Part shown: positions 51,498-60,415 of the stretch, piece after piece
Layout of the letters: every line of letters begins with the position of its first letter
Numbering within the stretch: the stretch's first letter is position 1
Assembly (NCBI GenBank): GCA_965653365.1
Contig: CBFGZV010000021.1
Coordinates: 10,728-74,727, forward strand
From: an uncultured Chitinophaga sp.
GTDB taxonomy: Bacteria > Bacteroidota > Bacteroidia > Chitinophagales > Chitinophagaceae
Reading direction: 5' to 3'
Length of the DNA stretch: 64,000 bases
The notes under the pieces: model-generated
Told to the model about the DNA's origin: nothing
The model's input: the letters and a program-made list of their open reading frames with translations, nothing else
Databases searched by the model: none
Position numbers and translations under genes: made by a program

Positions 51498-52529
51498 CTA
51501 CAGCGATTCCCGCAGGGTTACGTTGAACGGTACCTCTATCTGGGCAATGTTGTTGTCCGTGATGAGGCCGGCGGCCAGTTCGCCCATCATGGCAAAGTCG
51601 GTGGAGATGGTGGTGAGCCCGTTAAGGATGAATTTTTTCAGCGGCGTTTCGTTGTAGGAGATGATGCCTACGTCTTTCCCGATATTGAGGTGCAGCGACC
51701 TGATTTTCTCGATCAGCGCCACCAGGTCGTGCTCCCGCAGGTTGATATACACGGAACCGGTTTGAATGGTTTCTTCCGCGATGTTGGGCACCAGACTGTG
51801 CGGAAAGGCATAGTCTTCGCAGAACTGCAGAAAGCCTTCGCGGATCTCTTCCGGGTAATAGGTGTTTTCAGGAAAGATGAGGTGGAGTGACCGGTATTTC
51901 TGCAGTTTTTCGCGCGCCTGTTCCAGCGCATGGTAAATATCTTCCCGGAAGTTTTCATATACGGCGCTGTATTCCCCCGCGATGCCTTTCAGTTTTTTGT
52001 CGAGCAGGATGAGCTTTTCCCGGGGGATACCGTTGATCAGCTCTTCGAGGTGCTGCTGCCTTTCGCGGAAGTGGGGGAGTATCACCACGTGGGTGTATTC
52101 CTGCAGGTTGCGCGAGAGCAGTTTTTTGAACAGCCCGAAGTCGCTGTTGTAAATATAGAAGTCGATGCTGGCCTGCGTTCCCAGCCTTGCGGCAAACGAA
52201 TCGTAGATGATTTTTTTATGTTCGCTGAGCTTGTTGAACAGCAGCAGGATCTTGTAAGGCTGGCCGGAAGAGGCGTTCATGACATAGTAGCCTTTGCCCG
52301 GTACGGAGCCCAGCACACCGCGGCTTTTGAGGTATTTGAAGGCTTTCTCCGCCGTGTCGCGCGAGATGTCGAGCTCGTAGCTCATCTCGTTGATCGAGGG
52401 CAGGATTTCATCCCGCTGAATCTTGGCCTCACCCACCGCCTTGATGATGGCATTGGCCAGCTGCTGGTACTTCGGCGTGGCAGAAAAATCGTCGATGTTG
52501 AGGTACCTGAAAATATTTGATGGCTTCAT
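51498..52529 (-). CDS. GntR-family HTH regulator fused to a periplasmic-binding-protein-like sugar-binding domain
   Basis: N-terminal winged HTH (PKYQQLANAI...LPSINEMSYELDISRDTAEKAFKYLKSRG) plus a ~260-aa LacI/PBP-type effector domain. Confidence 0.8.
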   Translation of the reverse strand: MKPSNIFRYLNIDDFSATPKYQQLANAIIKAVGEAKIQRDEILPSINEMSYELDISRDTAEKAFKYLKSRGVLGSVPGKGYYVMNASSGQPYKILLLFNKLSEHKKIIYDSFAARLGTQASIDFYIYNSDFGLFKKLLSRNLQEYTHVVILPHFRERQQHLEELINGIPREKLILLDKKLKGIAGEYSAVYENFREDIYHALEQAREKLQKYRSLHLIFPENTYYPEEIREGFLQFCEDYAFPHSLVPNIAEETIQTGSVYINLREHDLVALIEKIRSLHLNIGKDVGIISYNETPLKKFILNGLTTISTDFAMMGELAAGLITDNNIAQIEVPFNVTLRESL

Positions 52530-52805
52530 CCGTTATTCCCCTTTTTTTGTTCGCCCGGAATGAAAAGCGGGAAGCTTCTCCACCGGATCAACAATGTACA
52601 GAATTAAAACTGAAATTGCATGCAGGCGGGGCAGGACAGCCCATGACAGTTGACCACACAGCATTAATTAATTTGAGCAGACTTTATAAATCCACGATTT
52701 GTATGATCGCACTCCTTGGCATAAATTTTCAGTGTACCGGCGGTTTCGGCCATCCTATGCATAACCCCCGCATGCCGCTGTTCGTTAAACCATCAAACGA
52801 ATCAA

Positions 52806-54881
52806 ATGACGATAGAATTTAAACACGTAAGTTATTTATGGGATGAAGCCCAAGCCGCTGCTATGGCCGGCGACGAGGTGGCTTTGCTGATTTACCGCTC
52901 CAATTTGCTGGGGGCCGATCTCCGCTTGACGAACTATGGCGGCGGCAACACTTCCTGCAAGGCGATGGCGCCCGATCCGCTTACCGGCGCACCCACGGAA
53001 GTGATGTGGGTAAAGGGATCCGGCGGCGACCTGGGCACGCTGAAACGCAGCGGCCTGGCTGCTTTGTACGTAGACCGGCTGCGGAGCCTGCAACAGATTT
53101 ACAAGGGCCTCAGCATGGAAGACGAAATGGTGGAACTGTTCAATCATTGCATTTATGACCTGCACTCCAAAGCCCCTTCGATCGATACGCCGTTGCACGG
53201 CTTCCTGCCTTTTAAACATATCGACCACCTGCATCCCGATGCGGCGATAGCCATTGCCGCGGCCAAAGACGGCCGCCGGATCACGGAAGAACTGTTCGGC
53301 GGCAGCATCGGCTGGGTAGACTGGCAGCGGCCGGGTTTTGACCTCGGCTTGCAGTTGCAGCAATGCCTGGCGGACAACCCCGGCATACGCGGCATCATGC
53401 TGGGCTCTCACGGATTGTTTACATGGGGCGATACCGCCTACGAAAGTTATATCAACACGCTCGAAGTAGTGGAGCGCTGCGCGGAATACCTGCAGCAGCA
53501 CACCGGCCGCGATAAGCCCGTGTTCGGCGGGCAGAAAACAGCGCCGTTGCCACGGGAGGAACGCCTCGCCAAAGCCGCTCTGCTGGCGCCTGTGCTGCGG
53601 GGCTACTGTTCCTCGCATACAAAAATGATCGGCCATTTTACGGACGATGAAAAGGTGCTGGAGTTCATCAACTCCAACGATCTCGACCGGCTTGCGCCGC
53701 TCGGTACCAGCTGCCCCGACCACTTCCTGCGCACGAAAATCAGCCCGCTGGTACTGAAAGATACGACCGACCTGGCGCCGCAATTCGAAGCCTACCGCGC
53801 CATGTACACGGAGTATTACAATACGTGCAAACATGCGAACAGTCCTGCCATGCGCGATCCCAACCCCGTGGTGATCCTCATCCCCGGCATGGGCATGTTT
53901 ACGTTCGCGAAAGACAAACAGACGGCGCGCGTGGCGGCAGAGTTTTACATCAACGCGATCAATGTGATGCGGGGAGCGGAAGCCATTTCATCCTACACCG
54001 CTTTACCGCGCCAGGAGGCATTTAACATAGAATACTGGCTGCTGGAAGAAGCGAAGCTGCAGCGCATGCCTAAACCGCGCGCACTGTCCGGCCGCGTTGC
54101 GCTTGTTACCGGCAGCGCCGGCGGCATAGGAAAGGCCATCGCCCGCAAATTTGCGGCGGAGGGCGCCGTGGTGGTGATCAGCGATAATGATGCCACGCGG
54201 CTGGATGTGGCCAAAGCTGCATTTGCCAAAGAATTCGGCCGCGATGTTTCCGCCGGCGAAGTGCTCGACGTTACTGATCCTTCCACCATTGAAAAAACAT
54301 TCCACCTCGCGGCACTCGCTTTCGGCGGGGTCGACATCGTGGTGAACTGCGCCGGGCTGTCCATTTCAAAACCCATTGAAGAACATACGGAGAAAGACTG
54401 GGACCTGCTGTACGACGTATTGGTCAAAGGCCAGTTCCTGGTTACGCAGGCCGGCGTGGAGGTGATGCGCAAGCAGGGTTTCGGCGGCGACGTGCTCAAC
54501 ATCGTCAGCAAAAACGCGCTCGTGTCGGGCCCCAACAATGCAGGCTATGGTTCCGCGAAGGCTGCGCAGCTGCACCTGAGCCGGCTGAATGCTGCGGAAC
54601 TGGGAAAAGACAATATCCGCGTGAACGTAGTGAACCCCGATGCGGTGATTTCCGACAGCCATATCTGGACGGGCGCCTGGGCCGAAGGCCGCGCCAGGGC
54701 ATACGGCGTTACCGTGGAAGAGCTGCCTGCCTATTACGCCAAACGCACGCTCCTGAACCAGGTGATTCTGCCGGACGATATTGCCAATGCCTGCTATGCA
54801 TTCGTGGGCGGGCTGCTGGATAAGTCCACCGGCAACGTGCTGAACGTAGACGGCGGTGTGGCCATGGCGTTTGTACGCTAA
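52806..54881 (+). CDS. bifunctional class II aldolase (rhamnulose-1-phosphate aldolase-like) / short-chain dehydrogenase
   Basis: About 430-aa N-terminal aldolase/adducin-like region, then an SDR with TGSAGGIGKA and the YGSAKAA catalytic motif. The 691-aa length matches the RhaEW-type fusion. Confidence 0.85.
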   Translation: MTIEFKHVSYLWDEAQAAAMAGDEVALLIYRSNLLGADLRLTNYGGGNTSCKAMAPDPLTGAPTEVMWVKGSGGDLGTLKRSGLAALYVDRLRSLQQIYKGLSMEDEMVELFNHCIYDLHSKAPSIDTPLHGFLPFKHIDHLHPDAAIAIAAAKDGRRITEELFGGSIGWVDWQRPGFDLGLQLQQCLADNPGIRGIMLGSHGLFTWGDTAYESYINTLEVVERCAEYLQQHTGRDKPVFGGQKTAPLPREERLAKAALLAPVLRGYCSSHTKMIGHFTDDEKVLEFINSNDLDRLAPLGTSCPDHFLRTKISPLVLKDTTDLAPQFEAYRAMYTEYYNTCKHANSPAMRDPNPVVILIPGMGMFTFAKDKQTARVAAEFYINAINVMRGAEAISSYTALPRQEAFNIEYWLLEEAKLQRMPKPRALSGRVALVTGSAGGIGKAIARKFAAEGAVVVISDNDATRLDVAKAAFAKEFGRDVSAGEVLDVTDPSTIEKTFHLAALAFGGVDIVVNCAGLSISKPIEEHTEKDWDLLYDVLVKGQFLVTQAGVEVMRKQGFGGDVLNIVSKNALVSGPNNAGYGSAKAAQLHLSRLNAAELGKDNIRVNVVNPDAVISDSHIWTGAWAEGRARAYGVTVEELPAYYAKRTLLNQVILPDDIANACYAFVGGLLDKSTGNVLNVDGGVAMAFVR

Positions 54882-54900
54882 AAAAGACCAACTTTGAGAT

Positions 54901-56244
54901 ATGCAGGCGATACCCGTCATAGTTGTACTGGATGTAGGCCGTACGAATAAAAAGCTGTTCGTGTTCAACGAGCGGTACGAAATCGTGTGGGAAAAAGCCG
55001 CGCGCTTCACGGAAATAACGGACGAAGACGGCGATGCCTGCGAAAACCTGGCCGCCCTCACGCAATCGGTGTATGACTCGCTGCATGAAGTTTTCGAACA
55101 AAAGGATTTCAGGATAAAAGCCGTTAACGTATCTGCCTACGGCGCAAGCCTGGTGTATGTTGACGAGCACGGCAAGCCGCTGGCGCCACTGTACAGCTAT
55201 CTGAAACAATACCCGGCCGCATTGCAGCAGCACCTGTACGACAAATACGGTGGCCGGGAAAATTTCCTGCTGCAAACCGCCTCACCGGCGTTGGGCAGCC
55301 TCAACTCCGGCCTGCAGCTATACCGCCTGAAAGCAGAGCAGCCGGCGGTGTTCGCCGCCACACGGTATGCGCTGCATTTGCCGCAGTACATCAGCTCGCT
55401 GGTGTCGGGCGTGCGATGTGCAGACATCACCAGCATCGGCTGCCATACCGCTTTGTGGGATTTTGTGCGCAGCAGTTATCACGCGTGGGTGAAGGAAGAA
55501 GGGCTTGAAGAAAAGATGGCGCCCATGCTGCCGTCCAACAAGGAAATGCCCGGCCGTTTCGGCAAGCATACCTTTATGGCCGGCGCGGGGCTGCACGATT
55601 CTTCCGCCGCACTTATCCCATATCTCATCCAGTTCCGCGAGCCTTTCGTACTGATATCTACCGGCACCTGGTGCATCAGCCTCAATCCCTTTAACGATAC
55701 GCCGCTCAGCCAGGACGAGCTGGCGCAGGATTGCCTTTGTTACCTGTCGTACGAAGGGAAACCGGTGAAAGCATCGCGGCTGTTTGCCGGTAATGAGCAT
55801 GAGCAGGAAGTGAAACGCATCGCCGCGCATTTTAAGCAGTCGGCCCTGCATTACCGTACCATCACCTATGATGCCGGTATCATGCGCGGCCTGAAACCAG
55901 GCGTATTCAGCACGCGCAACCTGTCTGATTTTTCGTCGGATGTGGAAGCGTATCACCAGCTGATGCTCGACATTGCCATGCAGCAATACCGTTCCACACA
56001 GCTGGTGCTGAAAGGCCGGCCGGTAAAACGCATTTTCGTGGACGGCGGTTTCGGCAGGAACGATCTCTATATGCAGCTGCTCGCCAACCTTTTCCCGGAA
56101 ACGGAAGTGTACGCCGCCACTATTCCGCAAGCCACCGCACTCGGCGCCGCGCTGGCGCTGCACGCGGCCTGGAACAGCCATCCGCTGCCGGGGAGCCTCA
56201 TTGGGCTGAAGCGGTATGAAGCGGAAGTGATGCAGGCGCTATAA
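54901..56244 (+). CDS. FGGY-family carbohydrate kinase (rhamnulokinase-like)
   Basis: N-terminal LDVGRTNKK ASKHA phosphate-1 motif and a C-terminal DGGFGRN motif. Confidence 0.8.
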   Translation: MQAIPVIVVLDVGRTNKKLFVFNERYEIVWEKAARFTEITDEDGDACENLAALTQSVYDSLHEVFEQKDFRIKAVNVSAYGASLVYVDEHGKPLAPLYSYLKQYPAALQQHLYDKYGGRENFLLQTASPALGSLNSGLQLYRLKAEQPAVFAATRYALHLPQYISSLVSGVRCADITSIGCHTALWDFVRSSYHAWVKEEGLEEKMAPMLPSNKEMPGRFGKHTFMAGAGLHDSSAALIPYLIQFREPFVLISTGTWCISLNPFNDTPLSQDELAQDCLCYLSYEGKPVKASRLFAGNEHEQEVKRIAAHFKQSALHYRTITYDAGIMRGLKPGVFSTRNLSDFSSDVEAYHQLMLDIAMQQYRSTQLVLKGRPVKRIFVDGGFGRNDLYMQLLANLFPETEVYAATIPQATALGAALALHAAWNSHPLPGSLIGLKRYEAEVMQAL

Positions 56245-56453
56245 TCATCCCGGCAAATAACGGATGCAGTTGCTGGCCGCCCATAAAATAGGGAGGGGCA
56301 TTGCGCTGGTTTTTTTGTGTTTTAAGGGCGTTCCTGCTCGGACACGTTGTATGCGCGAGATAAGCATGCCCGCCCCGAATTTTGTAATTCCCCCGAATTT
56401 TCTCTTCTTCGCTGCATGAAACGGCAGGATGTTCCGCCTGTTTCCAGCAAGCC

Positions 56454-57032
56454 ATGTACGACAACCTGCTCAATAACATAGCCCGTCACGTCAAGCTGAA
56501 TGACGAGGAGATCGCGCTCTTCCGCACATTCTGGACGGAAAAGCGGCTCCGGAAAGGCGATTACCTGTTAAGGAACGGCGATGTATGCCGGTACGATAAC
56601 TACGTGGTGGCCGGCGCGCTGAAAGCGTTCTACATTCATCCGCAAACAGGAAAAGACGAGATACTCTTTTTTTCGATTGACGACTGGTGGGCCACGGACA
56701 TGGACAGCTTCACCCGCCAGGTGCCCTCCATCTACAACATCCAGGCCCTGAAAGACACGACGCTGCTGCAGATTCATCACGAGGCATTCAACAGCATGCT
56801 GATGGCCATCCCCAGGCTGGAACGTTATTTCCGCACCATTCTGCAAACCTACCTGGGCGCACTGCAACGCCGCATCATTATGGCGAACACATTTGATGCC
56901 GCCTACCGCTACAACGACTTCCTGGAGCGCTATCCCGGCCTGGCGGGCAAGATTCCGCAATACCTCATCGCCTCTTACCTCGGCATTTCCCCTGAATTTC
57001 TGAGCCGGCTAAGGAAAGGGAAAAAATATTGA
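56454..57032 (+). CDS. Crp/Fnr family transcriptional regulator
   Basis: cNMP-binding beta-roll followed by the C-terminal HTH IASYLGISPEFLSRLR. Confidence 0.85.
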   Translation: MYDNLLNNIARHVKLNDEEIALFRTFWTEKRLRKGDYLLRNGDVCRYDNYVVAGALKAFYIHPQTGKDEILFFSIDDWWATDMDSFTRQVPSIYNIQALKDTTLLQIHHEAFNSMLMAIPRLERYFRTILQTYLGALQRRIIMANTFDAAYRYNDFLERYPGLAGKIPQYLIASYLGISPEFLSRLRKGKKY

Positions 57033-57089
57033 CCTGGTTCAATTTTTCGCCCGCGGCACCGGTGCAATTTTGCCTGTAAACAACAAGGC

Positions 57090-57758
57090 ATGAAAAAAGT
57101 ATTAGTGATCAATGCAAGCGTAAGGGGAGACAGATCCTACAGCCGTAAGCTGACAAAACTGTTTGCCGAAAAATGGAAAGAGAATCACCCGGAACACCGG
57201 TTTACTTTCCGCGAAGTAGGTCTTGATGCCATTCCCCACATTGATGAGCGCTGGATTGCCGCCGCTTTCACCAAGCCGGCCGACAAGACGGAGGAAAACC
57301 AGTCGGCCCTCCGGCTCAGCAACGAGCTGGTTGCAGAACTGAAAGACCATGACGTGTATGTGCTGGGCACGCCCATGTATAACTGGTCTATCCCCAGCGG
57401 GCTCAAAGCGTACCTCGACCAGGTGATGCGCATCAATGAAACCTGGAAATTCCGTTCCGGCGTACCGGATGGCGATTACGTGGGCCTGCTCCACGGCAAG
57501 CAATTGTTTATTCTCTCCAGCAGGGGCGATACTGGCTACGGCGCCGGCGAAAAGAACGCCCATATGAACTTCCAGACCACTTACCTGCAATTCCTTTTCG
57601 GCATGATGGGGGTGACGGACGTTACTACGTTATCTCTCGATAATGAAGAGTTTGGCGGCGACGTGTTTGAACGGGCGAAGCAGGAAGTGCGGGAGAAGGT
57701 GCTGGCGGTTACCGGGCGGGCCGTGGCGGCAGGCGATGGCGGCGACGTTTTGAGATGA
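57090..57758 (+). CDS. azoR: FMN-dependent NADH-azoreductase-like flavodoxin-fold protein
   Basis: MKKVLVINAS.R...SYS start, and PMYNWSIPSGLKAYLD typical of AzoR/AcpD. Confidence 0.8.
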   Translation: MKKVLVINASVRGDRSYSRKLTKLFAEKWKENHPEHRFTFREVGLDAIPHIDERWIAAAFTKPADKTEENQSALRLSNELVAELKDHDVYVLGTPMYNWSIPSGLKAYLDQVMRINETWKFRSGVPDGDYVGLLHGKQLFILSSRGDTGYGAGEKNAHMNFQTTYLQFLFGMMGVTDVTTLSLDNEEFGGDVFERAKQEVREKVLAVTGRAVAAGDGGDVLR

Positions 57759-57765
57759 AAGCAGA

Positions 57766-57788
57766 AAAGACTGCCGAGGCAGTCTTTC
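57766..57788 (+). terminator. hairpin terminator after azoR
   Basis: 10-bp stem aaagactgcc/ggcagtcttt with loop gag. Confidence 0.55.
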
Positions 57789-57809
57789 AATAAAGTAATC
57801 TTCAAACCG

Positions 57810-57861
57810 TGCGGGTGATAGGACTCGAACCTACATGCCGTGAAGCACCAGATCCTAAGTT
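57810..57861 (-). pseudogene. 3' fragment (anticodon loop to acceptor 3' strand) of a type II tRNA, best read as tRNA-Leu(UAG); putative att site of the adjacent element
   Basis: Sense strand reads ACTTAGGATCTGG TGCTTCACGGCAT GTAGGTTCGAGTCCTAT CACCCGC A. These parts are the CUUAGGA anticodon loop, a long variable arm, a canonical GGTTCGAGTCC T-arm and the acceptor 3' strand. The expected 5' acceptor GCGGGTG and the D-arm are absent upstream. Confidence 0.7.
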
Positions 57862-57987
57862 CGATAGAAAACTTAATTCGACTTAATCCGGTTTTTTGAA
57901 ATTTAACTAACTATTTGATAATTAATTATTTAAGAAGTGTTTGGTATATTTGGATAGTGTCCATATTACCACATTTAGCTCGCTTTT

Positions 57988-58009
57988 GTTTGCAAATTGT
58001 TTGCAAATT
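57988..58009 (+). repeat. tandem 11-mer gtttgcaaatt x2, 40 bp upstream of the integrase start
   Basis: Exact direct tandem repeat. It overlaps TTTG-type Bacteroidetes promoter elements or could be recombinase arm sites. Confidence 0.6.
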
Positions 58010-58048
58010 TTGAAGCGGTTGTAATGGTGGAAGTGTAAATCGTGTTTT

Positions 58049-59380
58049 ATGGGAGTTACAACGTCAATTGTTCTAGATACCCGGAGAATTAAGAAAAAAA
58101 CCGGCAAGTACCCTGTCCGTCTCTCTGTAATCTTCGACCGGAAGCCGAAGCAATATCAAACGGTTTTCGATATTTCCCGGGAAGATTTCGACAAACTATC
58201 AATGCCGCGCATAACAGCGGAGCTGAGGCAACTCAAGGATGCCTTTCAGGATTTGAAGGCCCGAGCTGATCTATTTATTGATGGGATGGAAGAATTTTCT
58301 TTTCAGGAGTTCGAAAGAGATTTTATATCTAATAGTACCAGTTTTCGAAGGCAAAAGCACTTTGAAACCGCAGCAATAGCAATCGAAAGCCCTTCTACCG
58401 AATTTGATTTTTCGCCTTACTACCGCAGATTTCCAATATTTAGCGAAGATCATACACAACGGGGAACAATCTCAGGTGGCTTTATAAAGTATATTAAGAC
58501 ACTCCTCGAAAGGGAATGTATCGGCAGTGCATTTTCTTATCAGGACACATATAATTCCATAAAAAAATTCAGGGGGAATGTACGATTCAAAGATATTACA
58601 CCCGCTTTTTTACATGGCTATGAAAAATGGATGTTGAATAAAGGATACTCAATAACGACAGTTGGTATTAAACTGCGCCCATTGAGGGCAATTTTTAACC
58701 AAGCAATTAAGGATAAAATAATTTCGCGGGATTATTATCCCTTTGGAAATGACAAATATGAAATTCCAACAACAGGAAACCGAAAGAAGGCACTATCGAA
58801 GAACGATATTGGGGCTATATTCAGGTATGACCCGCCTACCGAGGAAAAGCGCAAGGCGAAAGCTTTTTGGATTTTTTCCTACCTGGGAAATGGTATGAAT
58901 TTGAAGGATGTAATCAATTTAAAAGTGCGGGATTATCAGACCGACATCATTACCTTCGTCAGAGCCAAAACCAAGCAGACTTCCCGTAAAAAGTTAAGAA
59001 TTATTACCGTAGTAGTTACCGCTGAGATGCAGAGAATTATTGAAGACTATGGATTTACGGGAGGGAAGCCCAATGATTTTTTATTCCCTGTTCTAAACAA
59101 AGATATGACAGCCTTGGAGGCATTTGTCAGGACAAAATCTTTCATAAAGTTTGTGGACGATAATATGAAGCAGATCGGTGTTGAGCTGGGGCTCAATGTC
59201 AAATTGACGAGCATTGTAGCCAGGCATTCCTTTTCTACGATTTTAAAAAGATCGGGTTATAGCACAGAGTTTATAATGGAGGCATTGGGGCATTCGGAGC
59301 CGGGTATCACTAATCATTACCTTGATAGCTTTGAAACGCAGGCGAAAATTGAAGCGTCCAAAATTTTGCTACCTGATTGA
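58049..59380 (+). CDS. tyrosine-type site-specific integrase (Bacteroidetes type, with N-terminal arm-binding and SAM-like domains)
   Basis: Catalytic signature VRAKTK (Arg), IVARHSF (His-x-x-Arg), ALGHS (His), TNHYLD (Tyr). The KYPVRLSVIF N-terminus is typical of the family. Confidence 0.9.
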   Translation: MGVTTSIVLDTRRIKKKTGKYPVRLSVIFDRKPKQYQTVFDISREDFDKLSMPRITAELRQLKDAFQDLKARADLFIDGMEEFSFQEFERDFISNSTSFRRQKHFETAAIAIESPSTEFDFSPYYRRFPIFSEDHTQRGTISGGFIKYIKTLLERECIGSAFSYQDTYNSIKKFRGNVRFKDITPAFLHGYEKWMLNKGYSITTVGIKLRPLRAIFNQAIKDKIISRDYYPFGNDKYEIPTTGNRKKALSKNDIGAIFRYDPPTEEKRKAKAFWIFSYLGNGMNLKDVINLKVRDYQTDIITFVRAKTKQTSRKKLRIITVVVTAEMQRIIEDYGFTGGKPNDFLFPVLNKDMTALEAFVRTKSFIKFVDDNMKQIGVELGLNVKLTSIVARHSFSTILKRSGYSTEFIMEALGHSEPGITNHYLDSFETQAKIEASKILLPD

Positions 59381-59411
59381 TAACTCAAATTGTGGAATTT
59401 CGTTATTTTTA

Positions 59412-60284
59412 ATGAAATCCATGCTTATGTCCTGGAAAGAAACCTTATTTTCTAATATGTTCCTTCGAAACATGTTGGCTGATTTCGGTAGCCGTTCGGC
59501 AATTTCTTCCGACAATGATAATTTCATTGCATATTTCCGGTATGTAATCGGTAGATATCAACCAGGCTACATCCTTTGTTTCCCTAGGAAGCCCACGCCA
59601 CGGCAGAATGAAATCTTCAATAAGCTCCAGGAATATGAAGGTTATGATATAATCAGGTATTTGGAATTCCATTTTTCCATATTCGATGATAAACGGGAGT
59701 TTCTTCGCTTTCTTCATTTTGAGGTAGCGGAAAAATTAAAGCGTAAGCTATCCCCAAACCGTAAAATTAAATATAAAATGGTGGCTGATTGGGTAGTTGA
59801 TCAACTGAATGAACTACTGGCTTCCCAGCGAGACAACATTAGGGATGGAATCAGAGATGAAGTCCTTTCAGTATTGGCTGAAGGCGAAGAGGAAGATGGG
59901 AGGTTGTCTGTTGAGGTTATAAATGTGATATCGGCGAAGTTGTCGGTTTATCTTGAACGGTGGCTAGGAGAGGCAGACGAAAAGTTAAGCCTGCTTGCTC
60001 GGTCTTTCCCTTCGGCAGACATTCAGCTCTATAGTCAACTTCACGAACAACGCCTGGTACAGCTGTTGTGCTTATTGCAAACAGTTAAGGTTGGGAAGGC
60101 CGAGCCCCTTTTTAAGAAATTTACGGGGAATGACCTGGCTGCTATACTGAATCTTCATTTTGCCAGTTTTTCCGGCAAGAAAATAAACACAATTGAAAAG
60201 TATGTCCGAGAGAGCAGGGACAGCATTGAGCGAAATGAAAAGGCGCAGGGCCTGGAAACAGCACTGCACAAATTTTTTTCCTGA
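59412..60284 (+). CDS. hypothetical protein (290 aa), element-encoded
   Basis: The ATG at 59412 is preferred over the track TTG at 59322, which overlaps the integrase. Helical protein with an acidic central stretch. No motif recognised. Confidence 0.5.
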   Translation: MKSMLMSWKETLFSNMFLRNMLADFGSRSAISSDNDNFIAYFRYVIGRYQPGYILCFPRKPTPRQNEIFNKLQEYEGYDIIRYLEFHFSIFDDKREFLRFLHFEVAEKLKRKLSPNRKIKYKMVADWVVDQLNELLASQRDNIRDGIRDEVLSVLAEGEEEDGRLSVEVINVISAKLSVYLERWLGEADEKLSLLARSFPSADIQLYSQLHEQRLVQLLCLLQTVKVGKAEPLFKKFTGNDLAAILNLHFASFSGKKINTIEKYVRESRDSIERNEKAQGLETALHKFFS

Positions 60285-60415
60285 TATCGTTGGAGTATGG
60301 GGTATAATTCCTCGTTGGCGAAAGTGAGTGTTTATCCGCGTCTTTTTTTGAACATGTAATGAGTTATTGTGTTAGAAACAGTTAAATAAGTTTGCGACAG
60401 ATTAAGGGTGGGTTG

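Noticed and set aside
57810-57895. A complete tRNA gene
   Set aside because: Only the anticodon loop to the 3' acceptor strand is tRNA-like. The sequence where the D-arm and 5' acceptor (expected GCGGGTG) should be is unrelated AT-rich DNA. It is therefore annotated as an att-type fragment, not a functional tRNA.
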